A stretch of DNA of 63,678 nucleotides, counting the filler, from Deltaproteobacteria bacterium (lineage in GTDB: Bacteria; JACQOV01): NCBI GenBank assembly GCA_016202395.1. It is 5 parts of 5 records of this genome, joined end to end, with 100 filler letters (N's around TTAATTAATTAA, not from the genome) between each part and the next. Parts side by side here need not be neighbours in the genome. Positions count along the whole stretch, not along the records: positions 10,346 to 33,222 come from JACQOV010000050.1; positions 33,323 to 38,943 come from JACQOV010000046.1; 3 more parts are not named here. One strand, written 5' to 3'. Under the pieces are notes generated by a model, which ran no database searches, was not told the DNA's origin, and was given only the letters and a program-made list of their open reading frames with translations. Position numbers and translations under genes: made by a program. Numbering within the stretch: the first letter of the stretch is position 1; each line of letters begins with the position of its first letter. This document shows positions 27,041 to 36,795 of this stretch, one piece after another.

Positions 27041-28422
27041 TCGAACTTATTGATACGCATTGCCATGTTCATTACAACGCATTCGATTCCGATCGCGAAG
27101 AAGTCATCGATCGCGCGAGTCACGCCGGCGTGGTCTCTCTGATCGCGATTGGCGCGGGGGATGGTATTAAGAGCGCCTTGGATGCGGTGGAGCTTGCCGA
27201 TGCCCATGAGGGGGTTTATGCCACGGTGGGGATTCACCCTCATGATGCCTCCTCTTGTAATGAGGAGGCCTTTCTTCAAATTCGAGAACTGACGAAGCAC
27301 CCACGCGTGGTGGGGATCGGGGAGATTGGTCTCGATTATTATCAGGATCGTTCCCCTCGAAATGCCCAAAAAGAGGTCTTCCGAAAATTTCTCCAACTCG
27401 CAAAGGAGCTTCATCTTCCCGTTTCCATTCACAATCGAGAGGCGCACCAAGATCTTTTGGAAATTATCCGTTCCGAAGGGTTGGGAGAACGTCGAGGAGT
27501 CATGCACTGCTTCTCGGGAGATCTCAATTTTGCCAAAGCCTGCCTGGATTTAGATTTTCTAATCTCAATCCCTGGAATTGTCACTTTTAAAAACGCTCAA
27601 GCGCTTCGAGACGTCGTGAAACAGGTGCGTGTCGAAGAAATGGTGATTGAAACCGATTCTCCCTATCTGGCTCCAGATCCCTATCGAGGAAAACGGAATG
27701 AACCGGCCTACGTTATTCGTGTGGCGGAAGTGATTGCCCAAATCAAAGGACTTTCCGTGGAAGATGTGGGACGAATCACCACACGAAACGCGCGAAAGTT
27801 GTTTCGGATTGGAACTCAAGAATTAGAGGTTAAGATCGCCTATCCGATTCGAGGCAGCCTCTATCTCAATATTACTAATAAGTGCACCCTGGCTTGCACT
27901 TTTTGTCCTAAGTTTGAGGATTTTATGGTGAAGGGGCATTATCTGCGCCTGCGTCGCGATCCCACTTTTGAAGAGGTTCTCGAAGCCGTGGGGGACCCCT
28001 CCCCGTATAAAGAGGTCGTTTTCTGTGGTTATGGAGAACCGACACTGCGTCTCGATATGTTAAAGCAAGTCGCTCATTGGCTTAAGGAGAAAGGGATTTG
28101 CGTGCGACTCAATACCGATGGCTTGGGAAATCTTGTTCACAAAAGAAACATCCTGCCAGAGCTTTCAAAACTGATTGATACAGTTTCAGTGAGTCTCAAT
28201 GCTCAGGATCCAGAAACCTATGCAAAGATTTGTCCCTCAAAACATGGGGAGAAGGCTTATCTTGAGGTAAAGGAGTTTATTCGAGAGGCCAAGCAACACA
28301 TCCCCGAAGTAATTGCCACAGCGGTGACCTACCCGAGAGTGGACATAGAACGTTGTCGAGAGATTGTTGAGAAAGAACTGGGAGCTCGATTCCGTGCGCG
28401 TGAATACAATGAGGTGGGTTAA
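27037..28422 (+). CDS. tatD: TatD-family nuclease fused to a radical SAM domain
   Basis: DTHCH, GIHPH, GEIGLDY, HNREA, ETDSPYL; then LYLNITNKCTLACTFC, VFCGYGEP, RLNTDG. Confidence 0.92.
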   Translation: MIELIDTHCHVHYNAFDSDREEVIDRASHAGVVSLIAIGAGDGIKSALDAVELADAHEGVYATVGIHPHDASSCNEEAFLQIRELTKHPRVVGIGEIGLDYYQDRSPRNAQKEVFRKFLQLAKELHLPVSIHNREAHQDLLEIIRSEGLGERRGVMHCFSGDLNFAKACLDLDFLISIPGIVTFKNAQALRDVVKQVRVEEMVIETDSPYLAPDPYRGKRNEPAYVIRVAEVIAQIKGLSVEDVGRITTRNARKLFRIGTQELEVKIAYPIRGSLYLNITNKCTLACTFCPKFEDFMVKGHYLRLRRDPTFEEVLEAVGDPSPYKEVVFCGYGEPTLRLDMLKQVAHWLKEKGICVRLNTDGLGNLVHKRNILPELSKLIDTVSVSLNAQDPETYAKICPSKHGEKAYLEVKEFIREAKQHIPEVIATAVTYPRVDIERCREIVEKELGARFRAREYNEVG

Positions 28423-29443
28423 ATTTTCATTCATCCCCTTTTTGGCTATTGCCATAGGGCTTGGAGGATGCTCTCTAGGTTATCTTACTCGAGTGGGAAT
28501 GACCCAGGCTAAGATTTTGCAAAGCCGTGTTTCCCTCGAGAAGGTTGAGACTGAAGGAAAGCTCACACCTGAACAACTGGAGAAAATTGCGCTCATTCAA
28601 GAGGCTAAAGATTTTGGGGAATCGGTTTTAGGATTGAAGAAGACGAAAAATTACACACTCTATGCGGCTCTAAAAAAAGATCTTCGCCCGTATGTGCTCT
28701 CAGCTTGTCCTAAAGATTCTCTAACACCCTATCAATGGAAGTTTCCCATTGTGGGGGCTGTTCCCTACCTTGGTTTTTTTGACAAGGAGGAGGCTTTAGA
28801 AAAGGAACAAGAACTTCAACACGAAGGATACGACACCTTTCTTCGCAGAACCGGGGCGTTCAGCTCACTCGGTTGGTTTCGTGATCCGATCTATCCACAC
28901 ATGTTAGAGCTAGAATCGGTTCGGTTGGTGAATCTGATTTTGCATGAGCTTGTTCATGCAACCCTTTACGTTAAAGGGGAGACGGCCTTCAACGAGAGTG
29001 TAGCCACCTACATCGCCAATGAAGGCACGATTCTCTTCTTTGAACGAGCAGAGGATCCTATTTCAAAGGGGAAGGCCTTTGAGCATGCTCAAGAGGCATT
29101 GATGTTCGGTCGATTTTTGGGAGAGCTCTATGAAACCCTCCAGGATTTCTATGGGCAATCTTCCTCCCAAGACGAAAAAATGGAGGAACGCGTAGAGATT
29201 TTTGAACGATTTCGCCATCGTCTTCAACAGGTGCCGTTTTCTTTAGAATCCCCCTACCGAAAATTTGGAGAGGGGGAATGGAACAATGCGAGAATCATCG
29301 CCAGTGGCCTGTATTTAAAACATCTTCCTCTTTATTATGTCTTGAGGGAACAGAAAGGAATTCCATTGGAGCAGTCCATTTCTTATTTCGAGAAGTTCAT
29401 TCACGATCATAAAGATCCATGGGGAGCCCTAAAATCTCTGTGA
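28409..29443 (+). CDS. Putative zinc aminopeptidase lipoprotein
   Basis: Lipobox LGGC; WKFPIVGAVPYLGFF, AFSSLGWFRDP, HELVH...FNESVA. Confidence 0.8.
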   Translation: MRWVKFSFIPFLAIAIGLGGCSLGYLTRVGMTQAKILQSRVSLEKVETEGKLTPEQLEKIALIQEAKDFGESVLGLKKTKNYTLYAALKKDLRPYVLSACPKDSLTPYQWKFPIVGAVPYLGFFDKEEALEKEQELQHEGYDTFLRRTGAFSSLGWFRDPIYPHMLELESVRLVNLILHELVHATLYVKGETAFNESVATYIANEGTILFFERAEDPISKGKAFEHAQEALMFGRFLGELYETLQDFYGQSSSQDEKMEERVEIFERFRHRLQQVPFSLESPYRKFGEGEWNNARIIASGLYLKHLPLYYVLREQKGIPLEQSISYFEKFIHDHKDPWGALKSL

Positions 29444-29473
29444 ATATCTTGACCTAAGAGAACACCTAACGCG

Positions 29474-29502
29474 TTGACAGGGTGGGGAAGAAGTTACATA
29501 AT
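29474..29502 (+). promoter_or_regulatory. Sigma70-type promoter of the signalling operon
   Basis: TTGACA-17 nt-CATAAT. Confidence 0.65.
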
Positions 29503-29513
29503 AACCTGAGCTT

Positions 29514-30320
29514 ATGGCGAAACGAGAAAAAGAGGCGGTCCTTTTTGTGGATGATGAAGGGAGCGTCTTAAGTCTCTTCGAAGAATCTTTGAGAGTCGCA
29601 TTCCAAATTTTTACGGCCACCAGTGGATTGGAAGGCCTCAAGACTCTGGAAAAACATCCCCATATTGCGGTTGTGGTTGCAGACCATAAAATGCCCGGCA
29701 TGAGCGGAATTCAATTCCTTCAAGAAGTTCAGAAGCGCTATCCTCACAAGATTCGACTGCTGCTGACCGCCTACTCCGACTTTGAAATCGCGCTCAATGG
29801 AGTGAATCGGGCCCAGGTCTATCGCTATCTTCTAAAGCCTTTGGATATGCGAGAGATGCGTTTGGAACTTAGAAGGGCCGTTGATCTCTATCGACTTCGT
29901 ATGGATCGAGATCGACAGTACCAAGAGAAGGTTCGAGCCCTTGAGGAACTCGAGCAGTATAGAGGCCAATTGGAGCAAAAGGTCGCCCAAAGAACGAAAG
30001 AACTCGAGGAAGCATTGAAAGAGCTTAAAGAGATGCAATCGAAGATGGTTCATGCGGAGAGATTAAGGGTTCGAGGCCAAGTAGTTTGCGATATCGCTCA
30101 GGAAGTGAACAATCCTTTTCAAGCGGCGATGGGTTCTTTTGAAGCGTTGCATCGTGAGATGAAAGACTGGACAGTTCATATTAAGAATAATGGGCTGCAA
30201 GAAAAGGTTGGAAATGAACGTTTGGAGATGATCGATCAGGCGCTTAATCTTATGGATCGAAATATGAAACGAATTTACGATCGATTATCGGATCTGCAAC
30301 GTTTTATGGCGGAACCATGA
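29514..30320 (+). CDS. Receiver + coiled coil + degenerate HisKA domain (His->Gln), no ATPase domain
   Basis: VDDE...ADHKMP...LTA...KP intact; IAQEVNNP where HEINNP is expected; ORF ends after the DHp region. Confidence 0.85.
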   Translation: MAKREKEAVLFVDDEGSVLSLFEESLRVAFQIFTATSGLEGLKTLEKHPHIAVVVADHKMPGMSGIQFLQEVQKRYPHKIRLLLTAYSDFEIALNGVNRAQVYRYLLKPLDMREMRLELRRAVDLYRLRMDRDRQYQEKVRALEELEQYRGQLEQKVAQRTKELEEALKELKEMQSKMVHAERLRVRGQVVCDIAQEVNNPFQAAMGSFEALHREMKDWTVHIKNNGLQEKVGNERLEMIDQALNLMDRNMKRIYDRLSDLQRFMAEP

Positions 30321-31495
30321 ATCACTTGAGCATTGTTTCTCCTCGAACAGAGGCTATTCTTCTTGCGGACGAGGATAAAGATGTGGCTCTCTCCCTCTCT
30401 TTGGCTCTGCAGCATCGTTTTGTTTGCCACACTTCGAGCAACGTTCTAGAAGGATTGGAGCTTTTGGCCAAGCATCCTGAGATTGCCGTGATGGTTGTTT
30501 CCAATAAAGTAAGCGGAATGACAGGGATTCAATTTTGCTCGCTCGTGCGCGAGCGTTATCCAGATGTGGCCCGTTTTCTATTGACATCGAATCCAGCTTA
30601 TGAGGACGCTGTGGCGGCTATTCATGAAGGGCAAGTTTTGGGATATTTTGTAAAGCCGGTAAAAACAGATTTGTTGCTTCGCGAGATTGAAGCGGCGATA
30701 CAAAAAGTTTTGTGGCAGAGAGAGGTCACTCAATGGAGCGAGGAGCGAGAACGGTTGATTACGGAGCTTAAAAGAATCAATGAAGAGTTGGAAGGGACGA
30801 TGTCTAAACTTTTCCACGCCGATCGTTTGGCCACCGTTGGAGTTTTGGCATCGAGTCTGGCCCATGAAATTAACAACGCTCTTGGACTCATCCTTCATGA
30901 GGTGGAACTCCCCGAGGAAGAGTGGAGAAAAAAGGAGATACGAAAGCAGGTCGTCGACAATGTCAAACAGCAGATTTGGAAGCTTTCGCGCATGGTCGAA
31001 GGAACCGTCAACTACGCTAGAAAACCGGAGATCAAACGAGAGAAAGTGGCCCTAGCCTATTTAGTCGATCTGACTTCGGAACGTTTGAAGCCGATTCTTG
31101 GAAAAGGGATTACCATCGATGCTTCTAAAGTGGACTACGATTTGCCTTTGCTCGAAGTTGATTCTTCCGCAATCGAACAACTTTTGGTGAACCTTCTTAT
31201 TAACGCTCGAGACGCCATGAATGGGTGGGGATTGATTCTCTTCACCGCAAAGCAGGAGAAAGACCAAATTCAACTTACGATTGAGGATGAAGGACCGGGT
31301 GTTTCTGAAGAGCAGCGAGAAAAGATCTTTGAGCCTTTTTTTACGACGAAGGCCCTGGGAAGAGGCACAGGGCTAGGTTTGGCAATTTGTCGGCAGGTCA
31401 TGTTACAACATGGGGGTGTGATAACCGTTGAGAAGGGTGAAAGCAAAGGGGCGCGATTTGTGATGAGCTTTCCCCTTTCCTTAGTAAAATCATAG
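30317..31495 (+). CDS. Hybrid histidine kinase with atypical receiver (Asp->Ser)
   Basis: VMVVSNKVSGMTG; LAHEINN, NLLINA, DEGPG, FEPFFTTK, GTGLGL. Confidence 0.88.
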   Translation: MNHLSIVSPRTEAILLADEDKDVALSLSLALQHRFVCHTSSNVLEGLELLAKHPEIAVMVVSNKVSGMTGIQFCSLVRERYPDVARFLLTSNPAYEDAVAAIHEGQVLGYFVKPVKTDLLLREIEAAIQKVLWQREVTQWSEERERLITELKRINEELEGTMSKLFHADRLATVGVLASSLAHEINNALGLILHEVELPEEEWRKKEIRKQVVDNVKQQIWKLSRMVEGTVNYARKPEIKREKVALAYLVDLTSERLKPILGKGITIDASKVDYDLPLLEVDSSAIEQLLVNLLINARDAMNGWGLILFTAKQEKDQIQLTIEDEGPGVSEEQREKIFEPFFTTKALGRGTGLGLAICRQVMLQHGGVITVEKGESKGARFVMSFPLSLVKS

Positions 31496-31519
31496 GCGCC
31501 CGAGAGAAAGAGGTGAATT

Positions 31520-32677
31520 ATGGCCGAGATTTTTGACTACAAAATGTTTCCAATTCTTTTTGTCGATGATGAGAGAGATGCCACAGAAACCTTTCGGCAG
31601 CAATTCCAAGACGAGTTTTTGTTAATCTTAACTAATTCTCCAGAAGAGGGATTAGAGATCGTGAGGCGAGAAAAGCCGGCCGTGGTGATTGCGGATCAAA
31701 AAATGCCAACCCTGACCGGAGCCCAGTTTTTGGAGATTGTTCGAAAGGAACATCCCGAGACCTTTAGGATATTACTGACGGCTTATTCCGATATCGCCGC
31801 GATCATCGAAGCGGTTAACAAGGGAGAAATCTATCGCTATTTTGCAAAGCCGTACAACGTGGCGGAGATGGAAATAACGCTCAAGAGATCCCTTGAGACT
31901 TACAAGATTGCTCGCGAGCGAGATCGTCTCTATCGGGAAAAGATCGAGATCTTCCAAAAATTGTCTAGAACCAATCGTTTGGCCGGTTTAGGCCATCTCG
32001 CGGAGGGAATGGCTCATGAGATTCGCAATCCTTTAGTGGCCATCAAAACATTCTTCGATCTCTTGCCTGAAAAAAAAGAGGACTACGAATTTATGACACG
32101 ATTTGCGGAGATCGCTCGAAAAGAGGTGCATCGAATCGCAAAATTGCTAGACGAGCTAACCCGTTTTGCGGAGCCTCCGAAGCCTTGCTTAATGGAGGTC
32201 GATCTCAACGAGATTGCGCGAAGTGTGATTGGGCTTGTGGAAACGGAGGCAAAGTCTCACAAGGTCGACATCCGTTCCAATCTTGGAGAGGATTTCTCCC
32301 TGGTGGTTTTAGATCCTGAGCAGATAAAACAGGTCCTCTTGAATATCGTATTGAATGGATTGCAGGCAATGTCCCCTGGGGGACTTCTCGAAATTGAGAC
32401 TCGAAGAGGAATTCGTCCCAATGAGATTCAGATTATCATCTCGGATTCTGGGGCAGGGATTCCTTCTGAGAATATGGAGGCGATTTTCAACCCTTTCTTT
32501 ACGACAAAAGCTCCAAATCAAGGAGTAGGGCTTGGGCTGTCAATTGCCCACCAGATCATCCAGGAGCATAAAGGATCCATTGATGTCGAGAGCCGAATTC
32601 ATGAGGGGACAAAATTTATTGTGACCCTTCCGAAGAATCCCTTGCAGGCTTCGGGTCTCGGCGAGCATGGAGTTTAG
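31520..32677 (+). CDS. Hybrid receiver-histidine kinase, canonical
   Basis: VDDE, ADQKMP, MAHEIRNP, DSGAG, FNPFFTTK, GVGLGL. Confidence 0.92.
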   Translation: MAEIFDYKMFPILFVDDERDATETFRQQFQDEFLLILTNSPEEGLEIVRREKPAVVIADQKMPTLTGAQFLEIVRKEHPETFRILLTAYSDIAAIIEAVNKGEIYRYFAKPYNVAEMEITLKRSLETYKIARERDRLYREKIEIFQKLSRTNRLAGLGHLAEGMAHEIRNPLVAIKTFFDLLPEKKEDYEFMTRFAEIARKEVHRIAKLLDELTRFAEPPKPCLMEVDLNEIARSVIGLVETEAKSHKVDIRSNLGEDFSLVVLDPEQIKQVLLNIVLNGLQAMSPGGLLEIETRRGIRPNEIQIIISDSGAGIPSENMEAIFNPFFTTKAPNQGVGLGLSIAHQIIQEHKGSIDVESRIHEGTKFIVTLPKNPLQASGLGEHGV

Positions 32678-32888
32678 CTCCAACGATTTGTCCTGCAATG
32701 GCTGTCGCAATGAGGAATGGAATGCACCAAGGATTAACGTCGTGGCTGATCCGAAGATAGATGATTAAGGGGATTGAGGCGTGAATATAGATAAACCACA
32801 TGACGGAAAACTTTTTATGATTTTCTCGAAGGTAACCTAAAGGGATATTGAGCGAAAACGCAATTGCGAACAAAAAAGCGATAAACAT
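32616..32888 (-). CDS. Small membrane protein
   Basis: Hydrophobic segments; upstream TTGACA-16 nt-TACTCT on the minus strand. Confidence 0.65.
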   Translation of the reverse strand: MFIAFLFAIAFSLNIPLGYLRENHKKFSVMWFIYIHASIPLIIYLRISHDVNPWCIPFLIATAIAGQIVGAKLHARRDPKPARDSSEGSQ

Positions 32889-32944
32889 GGCCTGAGCTTA
32901 GAGTACCATAAGATTCGGAAGTGTCAAGATGACTATGAATACGG

Positions 32945-33101
32945 TTGACAGGGTTGGTAATGTGGGGTTATTCTCGAAGGCGTTTTTGTAGGATCCAGGG
33001 AAAATTCGGAAGGGTTAAGAGGTAGGTTGACATTCTAATTTTTCTCCGATAGAATCCTCGTTTCCCTAATGGGATATTTTCTCTCTTTTATCTTTGAAAA
33101 C
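32945..33101 (+). promoter_or_regulatory. Tandem rRNA promoters and boxA-like element
   Basis: TTGACA(32945)-18-TATTCT; TTGACA(33027)-17-TAGAAT; ATCTTTGAAAAC at 33090-33101. Confidence 0.75.
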
Positions 33102-33182
33102 TGGATAGCGATTGTCCCGCAATTCGAGAAACCTTGCGCAGTTAAGTTCCATTGAGTTGGGATTTTTTTGCGCTTCAGTTTT

Positions 33183-33222
33183 AAACTGGAGAGTTTGATC
33201 CTGGCTCAGAACGAACGCTGGC
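33183..33222 (+). rRNA. rrs: 16S rRNA, 5' end only
   Basis: AGAGTTTGATCCTGGCTCAG AACGAACGCTGGC, cut by contig end. Confidence 0.97.
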
Positions 33223-33322
33223 NNNNNNNNNNNNNNNNNNNNNNNNNNNNNNNNNNNNNNNNNNNNTTAATTAATTAANNNNNNNNNNNNNNNNNNNNNN
33301 NNNNNNNNNNNNNNNNNNNNNN
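33223..33322. other. Artificial contig spacer
   Basis: N/TTAATTAATTAA/N. Confidence 0.98.
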
Positions 33323-33440
33323 GATGAGCAAAAAGCCCGGAAACGTACCTGGAAGGTACGTTGAGGACTTTTTGTGAAATCCGACGTAGTCGCAGGCCAG
33401 AGCATGATTTTGCAGTAGAAGATAGTTTTTAGAGGTGCCC
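33323..33440 (+). repeat. Palindromic element family B, copy B1 (right part)
   Basis: Ends ATAGTTTTTAGAGGTGCCC; tip ACGTACC-TGGAA-GGTACGT. Confidence 0.88.
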
Positions 33441-33449
33441 GTTAGAACT

Positions 33450-34004
33450 ATGAAGCAATCGGTTCCCGCTTACATCGGTTTAGGGTCGAATCTAGGAGAC
33501 CGAGAACGGATCCTTCGAGAGGCGTTCCATACCTTAGATGAAACGCCTGGCATTCGGGTTTTGCGAGCCTCTAGCCTCTATGAAACAGAGCCGGTCGATT
33601 TTGAAGATCAACCTTGGTTTTTGAACGCCATTGTTGAGGTGGAAACCGATCTGTTGCCTCATTCTCTTTTAGAACAGCTCCAGAAGATCGAGGCCCAGTT
33701 TGGAAGGGAACGCAGCGTTGCCAAAGGGCCCCGCACACTCGATCTTGATCTTCTTCTTTATGCCGATTGTGTCATCGAGGATGAGCGTTTGGCCCTTCCA
33801 CATCCTCGTTGGCGGCAGCGGCGATTTATCTTGCAACCTCTCTCAGAGCTTCGTCCCGACTTTCGAGACCCTGTGACAAAGCAATCTTTGGATGAGATCA
33901 TGGCCTCCTGCAGAGATCTTAAAAAGATTATTAAGCATCCTTCCCGTTCTCCCTGGTTTTTCCTTCCAGCCTCTCAACGTTTAGTCCCTATGGACAGATC
34001 GTGA
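33450..34004 (+). CDS. folK: 6-hydroxymethyl-7,8-dihydropterin pyrophosphokinase
   Basis: AYIGLGSNLG, SSLYETEP, GPRTLDLDLL, LPHP. Confidence 0.95.
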   Translation: MKQSVPAYIGLGSNLGDRERILREAFHTLDETPGIRVLRASSLYETEPVDFEDQPWFLNAIVEVETDLLPHSLLEQLQKIEAQFGRERSVAKGPRTLDLDLLLYADCVIEDERLALPHPRWRQRRFILQPLSELRPDFRDPVTKQSLDEIMASCRDLKKIIKHPSRSPWFFLPASQRLVPMDRS

Positions 34005-34024
34005 AAAACTGTCTCCAAGGCTTG

Positions 34025-34204
34025 AGGGCACCTCTAAAAACTATCTTCTACTGCAAAAACAGGCTCTGGCCTGCGACTGCGTCAGGTTTCACAAAAAGTC
34101 CTCAACGTAGCACTTTGGCTACGTTTGCGGGCTTTTTGTTCATCTTCCTTGTCTCGGCTCAGATCCTGTTTTTTCGTGACGAACATAGTTTTTAGAGGTG
34201 CCCT
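34025..34204 (-). repeat. Family B copy B2, complete (180 bp)
   Basis: Perfect 20-bp terminal IR AGGGCACCTCTAAAAACTAT; reverse complement of B1/B3. Confidence 0.92.
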
Positions 34205-34245
34205 TGACAAGAAAAGGTAAACAGCTCATCATAGAATCCGTTTCC

Positions 34246-34911
34246 ATGAATAGATTTAATCTTTTTCTTCTCCTTGCGTTGTGCGGTGGATTTCTTTCCC
34301 TGCCTGTTTTGACCCAGGCTCTCCCCATTGGGGGGCTCGCTCGTCCCATGGAGAAGGGACATGGTGGAATCCTCGTTGACATGGGTTACGCTCAAAGGGA
34401 TATGGATCAGAACCAGATCACCACGGAGCTTCGCTCCCGCCAAGGATCGCTTCGCGGCACTTACGCGCTGTGGGATTTTCTTTCCTTGAGCGCCATTGTG
34501 GGTTTGATGGACTATGATACCGGGACCAACGTGGAGACAACGCTGAACGGAGCCTACGGTGCGGCTATCAAAGGTTTGCTATTTCGGGGACAAACGACTC
34601 GTTTGGAACTCACGGCCGATGGCCGTTTCCTTTATTATAGCGCTGAAGACAATAGCATCGACATCGCGAGTTGGGAGTATCAATTTGCTCTCAACGTGGT
34701 CTACCGGGCGGAGAATGTTCTTCCTTATATCGGTCTCGATTACAACAATCTGGATGTTCAGAGGAGTGGAGCGAGCGATTTGGAGTCCCAAGATAACTTC
34801 GGTGTAGTCTTGGGGCTGGATTATTTTGTGAACCCCAACGTTTATTTCTACGGGGAGATGCATAATTTTAATCAGGATGCTATATCTCTAGGCGTCGGCT
34901 TTAAGTTTTAA
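34246..34911 (+). CDS. Putative outer-membrane beta-barrel protein
   Basis: Signal peptide, amphipathic strands, PYIG motif, C-terminal LGVGFKF. Confidence 0.75.
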   Translation: MNRFNLFLLLALCGGFLSLPVLTQALPIGGLARPMEKGHGGILVDMGYAQRDMDQNQITTELRSRQGSLRGTYALWDFLSLSAIVGLMDYDTGTNVETTLNGAYGAAIKGLLFRGQTTRLELTADGRFLYYSAEDNSIDIASWEYQFALNVVYRAENVLPYIGLDYNNLDVQRSGASDLESQDNFGVVLGLDYFVNPNVYFYGEMHNFNQDAISLGVGFKF

Positions 34912-34912
34912 G

Positions 34913-35036
34913 GCAAACTCAATAAATTCCGTTATACTTCGTTGGCCTTCTTCGGTGCTCGCTCAGCGTACGCTGAGAGTACGCTTCGCTCGGCCTCAGT
35001 CGGCCGCCTCGTCTAACGGATATTTCTTGAGTTTGC
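34913..35036. repeat. Palindromic element family E (124 bp)
   Basis: Imperfect terminal IR GCAAACTCAATAAATTCCGTTA / TAACGGATATTTCTTGAGTTTGC; tip AGCGTAC...GTACGCT. Confidence 0.8.
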
Positions 35037-35051
35037 AAAGGGAGGGATACA

Positions 35052-35696
35052 ATGAAATTCTTTTTAGATACCGCCAACATTGATGAAATTCGCCAAGGGG
35101 TCGAGATGGGGATGGTGGATGGCATCACTACCAATCCCAGTTTGGTTGCGAAAGAAGGGCGAGAATTCCGAGCCATTTTGGAGGATATCTGCGAATTGGT
35201 CGATGGCCCTGTAAGCGCCGAGGTGGTTTCCACTCAGTTTTCAGGGATGATCCAAGAGGCCCATAGCTTGGCCGAAATCCATGAAAATATTGTGGTGAAG
35301 ATCCCGATGATCTTTGAGGGATTGAAAGCGATCCATCAGCTCAGCAAAGAGGGGATTAAGGTCAATGTAACGCTCATTTTTTCCGCCTCGCAGGCTTTGA
35401 TGGCGGCCAAGGCTGGGGCCACTTACGTCAGTCCTTTCGTCGGGCGGTTGGATGACGTTTCTCATCCTGGAATGGATGTGATCCAGCAGATCGTCACGAT
35501 TTTTGATAATTACGATTTTAACACGCAGGTGTTGGTTGCCAGCATCCGTCATCCGCTCCATGTGGTGGAAGCTGCGATGATGGGGGCCGATGTTGGCACG
35601 ATGCCTTTTAAGGTTTTAGAGCAGCTTATCAAACATCCGCTGACCGATGTGGGCTTGGCCCGTTTCCTAAAAGATTGGGAGAAGCTCGCCGTTTAG
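35052..35696 (+). CDS. tal: Transaldolase / fructose-6-phosphate aldolase family
   Basis: [42 protein letters not shown]. Confidence 0.92.
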   Translation: MKFFLDTANIDEIRQGVEMGMVDGITTNPSLVAKEGREFRAILEDICELVDGPVSAEVVSTQFSGMIQEAHSLAEIHENIVVKIPMIFEGLKAIHQLSKEGIKVNVTLIFSASQALMAAKAGATYVSPFVGRLDDVSHPGMDVIQQIVTIFDNYDFNTQVLVASIRHPLHVVEAAMMGADVGTMPFKVLEQLIKHPLTDVGLARFLKDWEKLAV

Positions 35697-36795
35697 TTTC
35701 TAGGATTTCGAGGTAGATCTGTTCCGTCTTTGTCACCATGTGATTCAGGGTGAAACGTTTTGCGATCGTTTGAGGTCCCGCTTGCGCTGTTTTCTGGATG
35801 AGCTCGGGATCTTTCAAGAGACGAAGGACCCCTTCCGCTAAAGCTTGCGGGGATCGAATCGGGACAAGAACCCCATTTTCACCATCTTGAATCACCTCAG
35901 GAATGCCACCTGCGGCCGCCGCAACGATCGGTTTTCCACGAGCTAAGCCATCCAGCAGAGAAGAATTTAAACCCTCCATATGCGATGGGACCACCATGAA
36001 GTCAAACGCTTTCCAGAAAGGTTCTAAGTTCTGTTGATATCCTGTGAAGATCACCGCTTTCTCCACGCCAAGTTTTCGGATCTGATTTTTGAGCCTCTCT
36101 TTTAAGATTCCCTCACCGATCCAGAGGAAGGTTGCTTGAGGGATCTCTTTTAAGATGAGAGGAATGGCATCGGCTAGAAATTGATACCCTTTGTAGTCGG
36201 AGAGTTGGGCAATCGTTCCGAGGATCGGGGAAGAGGTCTCGATCTGATAGTGAGATCGAACATCGAAATGATTTGTCTTTTCCGAAGAATGAGGAGGGAA
36301 AGCCACGCCGCTGTAAACGACCGATATCTTCTCGGCGTGGACCCCATCGTGTTCAAGTATATCGCTCACCGCTTGGGATATGGCGATATAGCGGTCGATT
36401 CCCAGACGCAGATACTTCCAGCGTGACAGAATCGATCCCGAGCGGTAGATGGAATAATCCACACGGCGCGAGACGACTTTGCCAACATGGGGATTCCAAA
36501 GTGTGGCGAGTCCCACCAGGGTATGAGCATGAGCGGTATGGGCGTGGACGATATCGAACCCCCTCTTTTTGATGAGTGTGTGAAGTTGAACGGCGGATAA
36601 AAGATCCAGCTCGCCCCTTAAAGGGATTTCAACCACTTCAACGTTCGATTTCTTGCACTCCTGGGCGAGCGGGCTTTTGGGGGGAGACGCCACAACCGAG
36701 GTGTGCCCTTGTTGAGCCAGGCCTGATGCCAGATAGAAGGCCTGCCTTTGCCCTCCGTACCATGTCATTTCTGTGTCGACGTGCAAGATTTTCAT
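35629..36795 (-). CDS. Glycosyltransferase family 4
   Basis: [34 protein letters not shown]. Confidence 0.88.
   Translation of the reverse strand: MKILHVDTEMTWYGGQRQAFYLASGLAQQGHTSVVASPPKSPLAQECKKSNVEVVEIPLRGELDLLSAVQLHTLIKKRGFDIVHAHTAHAHTLVGLATLWNPHVGKVVSRRVDYSIYRSGSILSRWKYLRLGIDRYIAISQAVSDILEHDGVHAEKISVVYSGVAFPPHSSEKTNHFDVRSHYQIETSSPILGTIAQLSDYKGYQFLADAIPLILKEIPQATFLWIGEGILKERLKNQIRKLGVEKAVIFTGYQQNLEPFWKAFDFMVVPSHMEGLNSSLLDGLARGKPIVAAAAGGIPEVIQDGENGVLVPIRSPQALAEGVLRLLKDPELIQKTAQAGPQTIAKRFTLNHMVTKTEQIYLEILETKRRASPNLLGNGPSPHRSADV

Noticed and set aside
34204-34237. Hybrid promoter created by the B2 junction (TTGACA)
   Set aside because: Spacing to the best -10 (TAGAAT) is 22 nt and the 17-nt alternative (CATCAT) is weak.
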